Positions 48,568 through 58,041 of a stretch of DNA of 64,000 bases are shown piece after piece. The translations under genes were made by a program, and so were the position numbers. The notes below the pieces were generated by a model that saw only the letters and a list, made by a program, of their open reading frames with translations, was not told the origin of the DNA and did not search any database. The first letter of the stretch is position 1. Every line of letters begins with the position of its first letter. This DNA comes from an uncultured delta proteobacterium (GTDB lineage Bacteria; Bdellovibrionota; FAC87; UBA2466), in NCBI GenBank assembly GCA_963778115.1, contig CAVZSV010000005.1, positions 320,001-384,000 on the forward strand. Direction: 5' to 3'.

Positions 48568-48822
48568 TGCCAGCTGCCGTTTTTAAAGGATTTTTAATCA
48601 GCATAGCGGGAGATATTACCTCAACGGAGCGCACTGTAAAGAGGATCCTGCCTTCCGCCAAAGAGGCCAACTACTTCGAATTAAAGGGGTGATCTGTAAA
48701 AATTGCCCGAATGGACGGTGAGCTAGTCCGATGAACCTTCCTATTTAATAAGAGCCCTAGTTCTATAGAGGCCTAGGAAAGTCTGTTTTACGAATCTGCT
48801 TCCTCGATTAAGCTAGAGGGGC

Positions 48823-49470
48823 ATGAAACTATCGCTTAGATCGCTTTTGTGGTTGTTTGTGGCTCCCTTTCTCTTAGTGGCCTCGTCCTCTAGAGGTTCC
48901 CAGGAGATTAACCCTATCTGTTTCGATTTCAATAGGCACAAACCCTATGTGACTCCCCTTAAGCCCCCCATCGCATTGTTACCTGATAAGGATAATTCCG
49001 AATCCGGGGAGTTTCCCGACAAGGTAGGGTGGGGATCCGCGCGCGGGGTTGTAGCAAAATCCATTAGCGAATTATATGAAAAGTTGTTGGACCACTATAC
49101 GTGGAAGCCGGCCGACAAGCATAAGCTGCAGGTAACCCCCGTCGTAAAGCCTGGATACCTTGAATTCCATGATTTAAAGGTCAATTTGCGACCCTTCGCT
49201 TTTATCTCCATCGATTGGGAAGAACAGTGGGCCTATGCCCTAGCGGGTGGCACCGTCACTAAGCCCCAGAAGATTGTAATCTCTTACCAAAAATCGGGCG
49301 GTTCCGACAAAATTGAAAAGATGTGTGGTTCCGTGACCCTTACTAAGATCTCACCCAAAGAGACGGACATCGCTTTTTATCAAGAGCTCAAAGCCTCCCA
49401 TCAGGACAAAGACGACATCGTGAAAGACGAACTCGGAACGTTAGAGACTTTACGGGGAAAGAAAAAGTAA
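48823..49470 (+). CDS. Secreted protein, possible START/SRPBCC-like fold
   Basis: Signal peptide, 'ARGVVAKSISELYEKLLD...W', beta-rich middle, C-terminal helix. Confidence 0.55.
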   Translation: MKLSLRSLLWLFVAPFLLVASSSRGSQEINPICFDFNRHKPYVTPLKPPIALLPDKDNSESGEFPDKVGWGSARGVVAKSISELYEKLLDHYTWKPADKHKLQVTPVVKPGYLEFHDLKVNLRPFAFISIDWEEQWAYALAGGTVTKPQKIVISYQKSGGSDKIEKMCGSVTLTKISPKETDIAFYQELKASHQDKDDIVKDELGTLETLRGKKK

Positions 49471-49489
49471 TCCAAGAGGTAGCTTTTGA

Positions 49490-51934
49490 TTATTTCGAGC
49501 GAAGAACGAGATAAGCCGGCAGACTTAAGATCGCGGCCGCAAGGCAGGTAAACTCTCCTAAGATCGCAAGGTGACCGAAACTCACAAACGCGCGGTTACT
49601 TGCGATGAGAAGGGAACCATAGCCGATGATAGTCGTTAGGCTCGCTAACCCCACGGCACCACCGGTATTACGTATCGCTTTGAGGATGTCGCGTTTTCCG
49701 TCGAGACGGTAGCGCTGATAGATATTCGAGCCGTAATCGATTCCGATTCCAAAGGTAATCGGCAAAGCGATGAAGTTCAGAAAGTTAATTTTCCAGCCAA
49801 AGGCATACACGGCCGCCACTTGCCAGAGAACCCCAAGCACCAGGGCCAGAAGGACTTTGGTAACATCGCTAAAATTTCGGAATAGAAAGATTACAAGAAG
49901 GACTACAGCAAGAAACGCCACTCCGGTTGCAATCGGACCATCACGCTTAATCGCCTGATTCATATCGGCCGTAATTGGCAGATGGCCCACGACAGGAGCC
50001 CCTGGCTCGACGCTATCTACTAAGACTCGCACTTCGTTGACGAACTTTATTACCCGATCCCCTTCCCACGTCGCTTCGGTGGTGGGCGGTTCCAGAATAA
50101 CCATATTGCCCACGCTTCCGTCTTTTTCGCTAAATTGACGAATGACAAGCGGGGGCAAGTCTTTCTGCTCGAAGGTCTTGGTTTCCGTAGCCAGCAGCTG
50201 ATCTACCCATTTGCGATTTTCGGGAGAGATCTTCTTTAAATTTCTTGGGGGCAAGAGTCTGCGGATATCCTTAAGAAGCTTAATCTTTTCTGGCTGGTCA
50301 CCAGGCAAAAAGTCTTCAAAGGAATAAACCGATGTGATTAGACTGGTGGGCCCTTCTGCCTCTTTCTTTGCCTTTAAGCCATCAGCAATTTTTTTAGCGT
50401 GTTCTCGCGAATGGGTCAGAATGATAATAGGAGAAAGATTTCTTCGAAAAACTTCGTTGAGGTACTTACTCAAATATGCCGAACCGTTCTCCTGGCTTCG
50501 CCGATTTCCTAACTTTGAAAGATCAGTCTCGATAATCTCATGGTTTCTTTCCACAAAAAGAAGCGTCACTGAGGCCAGTGTTAAGACCACTGTCACGACC
50601 GTAATGGGCTTCGCCCATCGTCCTACCACTTGAGCGGTGAGCTTCGTCAGGGTCCCTTTGGGGGGACGACTTCTATTGAGCTTTAATCCCCGTCGGGAAG
50701 CGTCCATGATGGTGAGTAAAGCGGGAAGAGCGGTGTAGGCCGAGATCCAACAAAGGACCATTCCCATCAGACCGATGATGCCGAATTGCCGAAAACCTTG
50801 AAAGCCCGTCAGCATCAGCGATCCATAGGAAAGCCCCGCCGCTAAAGCCGCCACAATCGTCGCTTTGGAAGTAAAACGAGAGGAGAGAATCGTAGCGTAG
50901 GGATGGGTACGGCCACGACGTCTTTCTTCTAGATAACGAGCCAAATAGATAATTCCAAAATTAATACCGTTCCCCAGAACAATACTTCCCAGAAAAGCCG
51001 AGTTCGCATTGAGATAACCCACTACAAAGTAGGCTAGACCGAAGGTCCAAAGCGTTCCGATAATAAGGCTTCCTATTAGGGCAACGACGGCACGCTGACA
51101 CTGATAGAACGCGAGCATAGCGACGGTCACTAGGATTAGTACTACGATGGTGGACGTCTCAAGATCCTCAGTCAGCGCTTCGTACTCTTCGAGTAAGTCT
51201 TCCACTCCTCCGGTAAATTTCACCGTAAGATCGGGCGCAAAAGAGGTCGGTTTTAGGGAAGTGATAACTTTTTCTATGGCCCCCCGCAGTTGGTATCCTT
51301 TAGTAACGCCCGCAAGCTTTCCGGGAAGGTAGACTAGCATGATGTGAAGGGTCTCATCTGCATTGGCGTAATAGCCGTCGGGAAAGCGGGCAAAGCCAGT
51401 CGCTTTAGAATCGTATTTCTTTTCTAAACCTTTGATATCCAGCTTCGGCTCTTTCATCTTATCCGAGACGGGAAAGATGTTAAGAGGACTGTACATCTCC
51501 TTCTGGTAGTTAATGGTGTCTTTGATGTAGTTGCGGATAGCGACCAGATCAGGCGTGTCGATGTAGAGCCCTTGGCGTCGCTTAAAAAACTCCATCTCCT
51601 GCTTCACATGATACTCGATGGGCCCCACGATGCTGCGAGGCTGTTTCTCAAGGCCTGTGGCAACGGCTTCGACGAACCGGCGCCCGGCTTGGGTGTCTTT
51701 AGTGAAAACCAAAAGAGCGATGTAGTCGATCGAATCCACCCGCTCGGTCGCTTTTTTAAGATCGATAACACTTCGATCGGTAGTGGGAAGAAGCTCCTCG
51801 ATATCGGGCCGGAGATTCTTGTAGAGTTTTATGGTGTAATAGCCACCTATCAGTGCGAGAAGAAGCGAAATACCCAAGACCCAAGCGGCCCTTTTTAACG
51901 TGAGATGGGTCATGAGATGAGTTTTGGGGCGCAC
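49490..51934 (-). CDS. MMPL/RND family lipid transporter (HpnN-like)
   Basis: Two repeats of TM + large periplasmic loop + 5 TM, 'GNGINFGI', 'GIGIDYG', 'LTTIIGYGSL'. Confidence 0.9.
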   Translation of the reverse strand: MRPKTHLMTHLTLKRAAWVLGISLLLALIGGYYTIKLYKNLRPDIEELLPTTDRSVIDLKKATERVDSIDYIALLVFTKDTQAGRRFVEAVATGLEKQPRSIVGPIEYHVKQEMEFFKRRQGLYIDTPDLVAIRNYIKDTINYQKEMYSPLNIFPVSDKMKEPKLDIKGLEKKYDSKATGFARFPDGYYANADETLHIMLVYLPGKLAGVTKGYQLRGAIEKVITSLKPTSFAPDLTVKFTGGVEDLLEEYEALTEDLETSTIVVLILVTVAMLAFYQCQRAVVALIGSLIIGTLWTFGLAYFVVGYLNANSAFLGSIVLGNGINFGIIYLARYLEERRRGRTHPYATILSSRFTSKATIVAALAAGLSYGSLMLTGFQGFRQFGIIGLMGMVLCWISAYTALPALLTIMDASRRGLKLNRSRPPKGTLTKLTAQVVGRWAKPITVVTVVLTLASVTLLFVERNHEIIETDLSKLGNRRSQENGSAYLSKYLNEVFRRNLSPIIILTHSREHAKKIADGLKAKKEAEGPTSLITSVYSFEDFLPGDQPEKIKLLKDIRRLLPPRNLKKISPENRKWVDQLLATETKTFEQKDLPPLVIRQFSEKDGSVGNMVILEPPTTEATWEGDRVIKFVNEVRVLVDSVEPGAPVVGHLPITADMNQAIKRDGPIATGVAFLAVVLLVIFLFRNFSDVTKVLLALVLGVLWQVAAVYAFGWKINFLNFIALPITFGIGIDYGSNIYQRYRLDGKRDILKAIRNTGGAVGLASLTTIIGYGSLLIASNRAFVSFGHLAILGEFTCLAAAILSLPAYLVLRSK

Positions 51935-52074
51935 GTTAAGGAACTGCTCCTATTGGATAAGCATTTTATACAAGCCTACTAAAACTTGCCCCTGGTGTCA
52001 CATAACAGACGTATTTTATCAACCTCGGAAATGAGGAAAGAAGGCTTTACGCAAAATGATTGTCTTCAAAGTCC

Positions 52075-53685
52075 TTAGGGCCTTTGGACCGCGACCATGG
52101 TGGCGGCGAGGTCTCTTTCAATCCGCCTTAACTCGGCCTCATCTTCAAGGATCTTTTCCGGCGGGCCGATCAAGCAGATGTCCACCGCTTCTCGAAGCTC
52201 CCTCGCGTATCCCACTTGCACGATTGAGTAGTTTTGCGAATTCCAAGGAATATTATCAGCCGCAAAGGTGTCAAGATCCTTGATCCGTTTAAGCAGCGCA
52301 GAAGGATCCCCGGCAAATCTCGCGTACTGAGGAGCCATTCTAAAGGCTAACGTCACGATCTTGGCTCCTCCCGCTTTTGTTCGGATCGCCATGTTGTGAA
52401 GGCTGGCGGGGGCCAAACTGCTTCGCAAATTCATCTCACTGGGGCTTACGCTGAAAGCACCGCGGGCAACGAGCGCTGATTCAAAGAAATTATTTCCGCC
52501 GTTGCGCCAATTAGGATCCCCCACGATATAGGGACCATGTCCGGTAGGTAGACCGGTCTTTTTGTCGGCAGGCATATGCACTTCAAAGTGGATTCCCCCC
52601 GCACCATAACGAACCTTGTTTACGTGGCGAGTGATTGCGCGTCTCACGCCTAGATACCTAGGATGGTAGGGGTCGTCGAGAAGATCCGAAATGTACATTT
52701 TGTCATGAGGATCCTTCTCGTAAAGAAATGCCGAAGCGGGTTTAAACCGAATAGGATCTTCCGACTCTGACGTCGTCTCGTCGGAAGGCAAGGTATAGAC
52801 CGCCCCGTCAAAAGCCACTTCCCGCCAAAATAACCCTTCCGGTAGCGGAATGTCGTCAATCATTCGCTCCACTAGAATGCTCGAAACACGGCCGTGCTTA
52901 TTCTCCATTCTCTCCAGATCGGCTATCATCCTCTCCACTTGAGAGGCTTCGCCGAATAGAATACCGTTCATGCCTGAGGAGTTATTCTTTTTTGCAACCA
53001 TTCTACGAGACGGATATCGAAGCGCATATTCCTTGAGATCGGTCTCAAACTGGTCGGGAGTAAATTGATCGGGAAAGATAAGCTCGGCAAGTCGGGCGTC
53101 CTGAATGAATCGGGTCAAGGCTATCTTGGAGGTCATCTCCCACGGAGAGAGAGAGCCGCTGTAACCTTCGTCTCCATACGCCAACCGTAAGGCAATTCCC
53201 CAATCGACACCGTATTCGGCACCTATAATTACTTTAGTCCGACCGTAGGTCGCCCCGTGAATTTGCGGAATCAAAGCGTCCATTCCTTGTTGTAAAGAGT
53301 CCCGCATTGAAACATTGCGATTGTGAGTCGGGAGGTGAAGCGCTTGCACATTTTCAGGCAAGTTAGTGGGAATTTCCGCGGTTGGGGGATAAAGAACGAC
53401 GATGCGAGTATTGGGAGAGAGTAGCCTTCTGGCTTCCGCTAAGAGATTTTTTCCCCCCGACACCGGAGCTGACAAGATGACCGTCCCCACATCGGAAATA
53501 ACACTGGATCCCGCAGAAGCTCCCGCATCTTTAACTGGCCGTGAGCACTCAGATTGAGTTTGCAGAGATGGAGAGACTTTACTCGCATTGCTTCCCGGAG
53601 GAGCCCCGTGAACCGCAATTGCGTTGAGACCTACCCAACCCCAGATGATTAGGAAAAAAGCACGAAGACGCTTAGACGCCATCAA
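52075..53685 (-). CDS. ATP-grasp-fold protein with an N-terminal signal peptide
   Basis: MVAKKNNSSGMNGI, ILVERMID, EVAFDG, GIHFEV and DPNWRNGG occur in ATP-grasp order. N-terminus KRLRAFFLIIWGWVGLNAIAVHG. Confidence 0.62.
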   Translation of the reverse strand: MMASKRLRAFFLIIWGWVGLNAIAVHGAPPGSNASKVSPSLQTQSECSRPVKDAGASAGSSVISDVGTVILSAPVSGGKNLLAEARRLLSPNTRIVVLYPPTAEIPTNLPENVQALHLPTHNRNVSMRDSLQQGMDALIPQIHGATYGRTKVIIGAEYGVDWGIALRLAYGDEGYSGSLSPWEMTSKIALTRFIQDARLAELIFPDQFTPDQFETDLKEYALRYPSRRMVAKKNNSSGMNGILFGEASQVERMIADLERMENKHGRVSSILVERMIDDIPLPEGLFWREVAFDGAVYTLPSDETTSESEDPIRFKPASAFLYEKDPHDKMYISDLLDDPYHPRYLGVRRAITRHVNKVRYGAGGIHFEVHMPADKKTGLPTGHGPYIVGDPNWRNGGNNFFESALVARGAFSVSPSEMNLRSSLAPASLHNMAIRTKAGGAKIVTLAFRMAPQYARFAGDPSALLKRIKDLDTFAADNIPWNSQNYSIVQVGYARELREAVDICLIGPPEKILEDEAELRRIERDLAATMVAVQRP

Positions 53686-53780
53686 TAAATTTCCATCCTT
53701 CCCCCAATAGAAAGAAATTTAATATCATGGTGGTTACACGGAGCGCCATAGAAAAAAAATCAAAACTAAATTTTTGATCC

Positions 53781-53815
53781 TTTCCCCTTTCCCAGGCGAT
53801 ATCTGGCAGGGGAAA
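53781..53815 (-). terminator. Hairpin immediately after the aat-like gene
   Basis: TTTCCCCT..CCAG-N7-CTGG.AGGGGAAA, with no clean U-tract. Confidence 0.35.
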
Positions 53816-53817
53816 CA

Positions 53818-55635
53818 TCATCGTTCCACCAATCTTCCTTCTACAACCGACAATCCCATCGTCCCGAAGAACTCCTGAGCGCTTTCAAGCTTCACCAGTC
53901 GAGAGTCCAGTCCGGCGTTATAGATAAGAACGGACAGCCCTTGAACGACACGGCTAACGGCATCTTCATCGGTCGCGGCCGCTTCTAAATCATTCGGTTT
54001 CCAAGGAATTCGCAATAAATGCGCTCTTGCGGAGTCCATTCGACTTGACGCTAGCCCTCGGTGGATCCCGCGCCCAATAAAATGGTGCTCCAAGAGTTGT
54101 TCAATCGGCAATGAACCGCTTTGCCCATCGGCCAAGTTTCTTGCCAAATGCTGAAGCGGCGCTAACGTCCCTATTGCCGGATCTCGAAACGCCGCCAAAG
54201 TGTCTTCGCCCCAAGGCGACAGTTCAAAAGGCGACTTGCTTTCGGGAACCTTCCATCCCAAAGCAGCAAAGAGTTCCTCGGCATCTTCCGGACGCTGAAT
54301 ATTTACTGGGGGATCCACCGCATAGATATGGGCGTAAAGGCCCTGGTAAATTCTACTGGCCGCGGCATCATCCTTAAGCGCCTTTTTCCCATCATCGGGT
54401 TGCCAGAGTATATTTTTGATTCGTCCCGTGACGGAGGTGAGCCGTCTTTTCATGGCGTCGTCTCTAACAACATCTCGAGGAGGATACGCTAAGTACAGGA
54501 GCAACTCGCGGATACCATACTTCGTATTGAAATCTTTTCCCAAAGTCCTGGCCATCAGTTCCAATCTTCGCAACGTTCCCCGTCTGGGATCTCGAAAACG
54601 CTCCAATTGCTGGGGAGTCATGGTGTAAAGCGCATGCTTCGCAAAGAGCGGCATCAAATTCACTTCACCTTGGGGCAATTGAAGATGCAAATGTTTCGCG
54701 CGCTCGGAATCAATGATGTCCATGTACCGGTTTCGGTCCACCCAAATGCCGCCAAGTATTTGGCTAAGCTTGCCGGCCTTAATCTCTTGCGTATCGACCC
54801 ACTCGTAACCTGCCTTCTCAAGTTCCCACAGGATGGCTATCAATGCCACCATACCGGCCAAGTCTCCTTTGGATTCATGGTGAAAAATGGACCAGCCACT
54901 ATAAACATTGTCGGTTAACGTCCCAAAGGTTCCCCCGACTAATTCTCCCTGGGGATTCCAGACTTCGGTACTTATCGCGTGACCCCGTCGGTAACTCTCT
55001 AGATACGTCTGAATAATCTCCTCGGTCAGCCAAGTGGTCTTAAGTTCAACCTGATTACCACTGGCATCTTGCGCCCAGTACCATCGTTGCTTAAGGACAA
55101 TGTCGTTTCGAAGGTGGGCTGGGGGATATTTGGGGTCATCGGGCTTTGTCGGATCAAACTGGACCTTAACGTATCTTTTCATGGTAGCGCAGGATCGCAA
55201 AACTCTTTCAAAGTCGTGATTGAAGGTGACCCGATAGCCTAGATTTTGAATGGCTTCCTGCAGGTTTCTCCCTCTTTTTTGTCTCACATTGTTCATCGTC
55301 GCTTTGAGATCAAAAACCCCGCGCTTGAGCGGATGTTCCCACTCAGTGCGGGGATGGCCTTCACCGGTTTCCATGTGAGTGTGATAAAGCTGGTAGCCCC
55401 ACCTATCCGCGATTTCGAAGTTCTCGGCGCTGACGGGAATGTGAGTGGCTGCAATAGCAATATCACCCGCGGCATCGACGAAAGCATCAGGATGACGAGG
55501 GTTGGGAAAAGGAGAGCTATCTTTCTCATTCACCCCAATGGCGCATCTACCCTCTGGATTAGTACTGCCGGTAGAAGGGTAGCCCCAACTACAGAAGGTC
55601 AATAGCCCCAGTAGTAACCATTTGCAGAACTTCAC
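53818..55635 (-). CDS. Leucyl/phenylalanyl-tRNA-protein transferase (Aat)-like domain with a signal peptide and a duplicated C-terminal domain
   Basis: YRVTFNHDFERVLRSCA, TWLTEEIIQTY, GHAISTEVW...LVGG, DTQ. Hydrophobic N-terminus MKFCKWLLLGLLTFCSWG. Confidence 0.82.
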   Translation of the reverse strand: MKFCKWLLLGLLTFCSWGYPSTGSTNPEGRCAIGVNEKDSSPFPNPRHPDAFVDAAGDIAIAATHIPVSAENFEIADRWGYQLYHTHMETGEGHPRTEWEHPLKRGVFDLKATMNNVRQKRGRNLQEAIQNLGYRVTFNHDFERVLRSCATMKRYVKVQFDPTKPDDPKYPPAHLRNDIVLKQRWYWAQDASGNQVELKTTWLTEEIIQTYLESYRRGHAISTEVWNPQGELVGGTFGTLTDNVYSGWSIFHHESKGDLAGMVALIAILWELEKAGYEWVDTQEIKAGKLSQILGGIWVDRNRYMDIIDSERAKHLHLQLPQGEVNLMPLFAKHALYTMTPQQLERFRDPRRGTLRRLELMARTLGKDFNTKYGIRELLLYLAYPPRDVVRDDAMKRRLTSVTGRIKNILWQPDDGKKALKDDAAASRIYQGLYAHIYAVDPPVNIQRPEDAEELFAALGWKVPESKSPFELSPWGEDTLAAFRDPAIGTLAPLQHLARNLADGQSGSLPIEQLLEHHFIGRGIHRGLASSRMDSARAHLLRIPWKPNDLEAAATDEDAVSRVVQGLSVLIYNAGLDSRLVKLESAQEFFGTMGLSVVEGRLVER

Positions 55636-55768
55636 TCATAACCTCCTGCGAAACCCCAAAAAATCAGCGTATTTATCGGTGAATAACACAACGCACTATA
55701 CCGCACAAGGCAAACGCTAGCTATTTAGGCTAAATTCTAGGGATTAATGGGCTTTTTCGCGCAGTATC

Positions 55769-56785
55769 TTACCGGTTAGAAAGCTTCTTTTTTGAGGGGG
55801 AAGTGTAGCGAAATAGGGGAGATAGGTTCAGCCCTCCCCGAGGCGAGGGGAGATTAGCGAAAAGAGGATCCTCCGCCGGATGGTCTAAGACGGCCTCCAC
55901 CAGCATCTTTTGCAAAGCCCCTTTCGAGAGACAGACGTATCCGCCGTTATGAGCGCTCTTTCCCCAACTATTTTGAAGGACCACACATTCACGGATGTGA
56001 GACGTTACCAGGTCTCGGGTGAAACGCGCACATAGCCAGTCCTCGGTCGGATGTCGGTCGCAAACACCCACTGCGACCAGCGCATGCAAAGGGACATCCA
56101 CAATGCGTTCTTGATTGAGGTTCCTTTTTCCAACCACAGTGTAGGTTTCAAACGGCTTCTTGAGATAACTCAGATCGATCCCTATCAAAACAGGTTCTCG
56201 TTTTTGGAGCTGCTCGACTACTGCGCGAGTAACGGCCGGAGGCGACATCCCCAAAAGCAAGTAATCGCTAAAAACGTCCCAAGGTCCACTTTCCGCGCCC
56301 GCGCTTTTGCTCCTATATTCGTTGCCTTGATTCTCGGCTCGCCATACCTGAAAATCATGGAAATCGATTTTCACCACGGAATTTCGATAATAAGAGGGAT
56401 CCGGCACTGCCGAATCGTCGGTAGCGCCCCCTTCTTGAGACTCATACGGCATTGCTCCGTACCGATCCACGACGTACATCCACTCTTCAAAGAAAGTTCC
56501 TGTCTGGTTAGCTCCCAAGGCATTTCGGTAGGAAGTTCCCAGAAAATTTACGTCGATAGCGGGCAGGCTAGGGCCCGTATTGCGAGTATTTCCCCAAATC
56601 TCAAGAAAGCAAGCCAAAGAGTAAAGCCCACAGTACGGGCCTTTTTGATCATATATAAATCGCGTGGGGGGAAGGGAGATAGCCGCTTGCGCCAAAGGCA
56701 GTGGTAAAAAATAGGACAGAAAGACAATAAATAATAACGAGCTTGTAAGGTAACAAAGGCTTGAAGAAACTTTGCTTGGTACCAA
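55769..56785 (-). CDS. Secreted papain-family (C1) cysteine peptidase
   Basis: DQKGPYCGLYS (Q, C), HALVAVG (H), QNSWG (N). Signal ends AQA. Probable TTG at 56785 after GAGGGGG. Confidence 0.82.
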   Translation of the reverse strand: MVPSKVSSSLCYLTSSLLFIVFLSYFLPLPLAQAAISLPPTRFIYDQKGPYCGLYSLACFLEIWGNTRNTGPSLPAIDVNFLGTSYRNALGANQTGTFFEEWMYVVDRYGAMPYESQEGGATDDSAVPDPSYYRNSVVKIDFHDFQVWRAENQGNEYRSKSAGAESGPWDVFSDYLLLGMSPPAVTRAVVEQLQKREPVLIGIDLSYLKKPFETYTVVGKRNLNQERIVDVPLHALVAVGVCDRHPTEDWLCARFTRDLVTSHIRECVVLQNSWGKSAHNGGYVCLSKGALQKMLVEAVLDHPAEDPLFANLPSPRGGLNLSPLFRYTSPSKKKLSNR

Positions 56786-56892
56786 CCGAGATCCCCCCTC
56801 GTGTTGTCGCCTATATAAGTGACAAACTATAGAAACGGGGAGTTGCGTCAATACAAAATTATCAAGGATGCTTTTCCAGTCCAAAAAAAAGA

Positions 56893-58041
56893 TCACACGG
56901 GCAGGTCGCAACGGTAACGAATACCGGTCTTTAAGTTTCCTTTTGGTTTAGGGTTTGATTGGGTCCCTTCTTCCTTTTTCTCTCTTGGCTCGACGATGTG
57001 GAGCGCCTTTTCCCACTCGTCAGAAACAGCCTCAATGGCCTGCATCTTTTCGAGGATACCTTTTCTGGTGAGTCTCGAATTTTCCCCGAGCAGAGGACTG
57101 CTAGAGATTCCGGCTGCGACCATTAAAACGGACGAGAGCGTTTCCATATCATTCGCAAATAGAAGGGCCTCTTCTTGCGTGTACTCGGTTTTACTTAATA
57201 GCGCTTGGCGTGTCTTTTTCGTCAGGACAAAAGAACCGTCATCTTGACTGGGTTCGAAGGCTATTTTCATGTGTCTTTCGGCGGCTCCGACGACGAGTAG
57301 GGCACTTTTGACCGAGTCCACCGCAATTAACGAGCCCACTTTCGCAGTGGGCTCGGTTGCAATTGCTTTTTGAAGTTGATCGAGAAGCGAGATTTCAGCA
57401 TTCAGTTTGAGCACGAAAAGAAAATTTCTCAACTCAGAAAACTTCGAATATTCGTTTTGGATATCTCTTAACTCTGCCAGCAGTCCCGTAAGCAATGCAT
57501 TCACGCCTTGGCTATCGGCTTCCTGATTACGCCGGTGGTAGAAATTCAAATCCCAGTAGCTCGTGACCTTGGGAACGTCATTTACCATCATAACCATGTC
57601 TCTAATGACGAGCCCGTGCTTTAAGAGGAACTCCTGTCTATCGCCTAATTTGTCTTTGATGTCTCGAGTCGCCCAGGCTTGAAGCCCCAGGAGGGTCTGG
57701 CTACTTTTCTCGAAATAATCCGCTCTTTCCTCCTCAGCCAAATCCGAATTAGGATCGCCGACTAGGGCCATGGTCTCGCGGCAATAATTATTCAAAACCA
57801 GCATCGCTTTGGATTCTTCCCCCTCCTTGACCCGTCTGAGATCGATAAGGGTCATCCTCGCCGCCCCCCCATTTATTCTTGCCCGGATTAAAGTTAATCC
57901 CGCGACGTCTAGCTCCTTCTCAAGCGCTTGAATCTTTTGAATTGCTGTTTCCGCCGCCAGAGCAGGGGACAGAACATGGGGAAGGGGCACCGTTAAGAAC
58001 AGAGTGAGCACTAAGAAAAGGGGCGAAATTTTTTTAGGCAT
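56893..58041 (-). CDS. Secreted alpha-helical hypothetical protein
   Basis: Signal peptide ending ALA, helical composition. Confidence 0.7.
   Translation of the reverse strand: MPKKISPLFLVLTLFLTVPLPHVLSPALAAETAIQKIQALEKELDVAGLTLIRARINGGAARMTLIDLRRVKEGEESKAMLVLNNYCRETMALVGDPNSDLAEEERADYFEKSSQTLLGLQAWATRDIKDKLGDRQEFLLKHGLVIRDMVMMVNDVPKVTSYWDLNFYHRRNQEADSQGVNALLTGLLAELRDIQNEYSKFSELRNFLFVLKLNAEISLLDQLQKAIATEPTAKVGSLIAVDSVKSALLVVGAAERHMKIAFEPSQDDGSFVLTKKTRQALLSKTEYTQEEALLFANDMETLSSVLMVAAGISSSPLLGENSRLTRKGILEKMQAIEAVSDEWEKALHIVEPREKKEEGTQSNPKPKGNLKTGIRYRCDLPV

Noticed and set aside
48578..48590. T-TTA-AAA slippery heptamer as a programmed -1 frameshift
   Set aside because: A -1 shift enters the wrong frame. 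The radical SAM ORF requires +1.
56051..56707. 218-aa plus-strand ORF
   Set aside because: Antisense to the papain-family gene, which has an intact catalytic triad.
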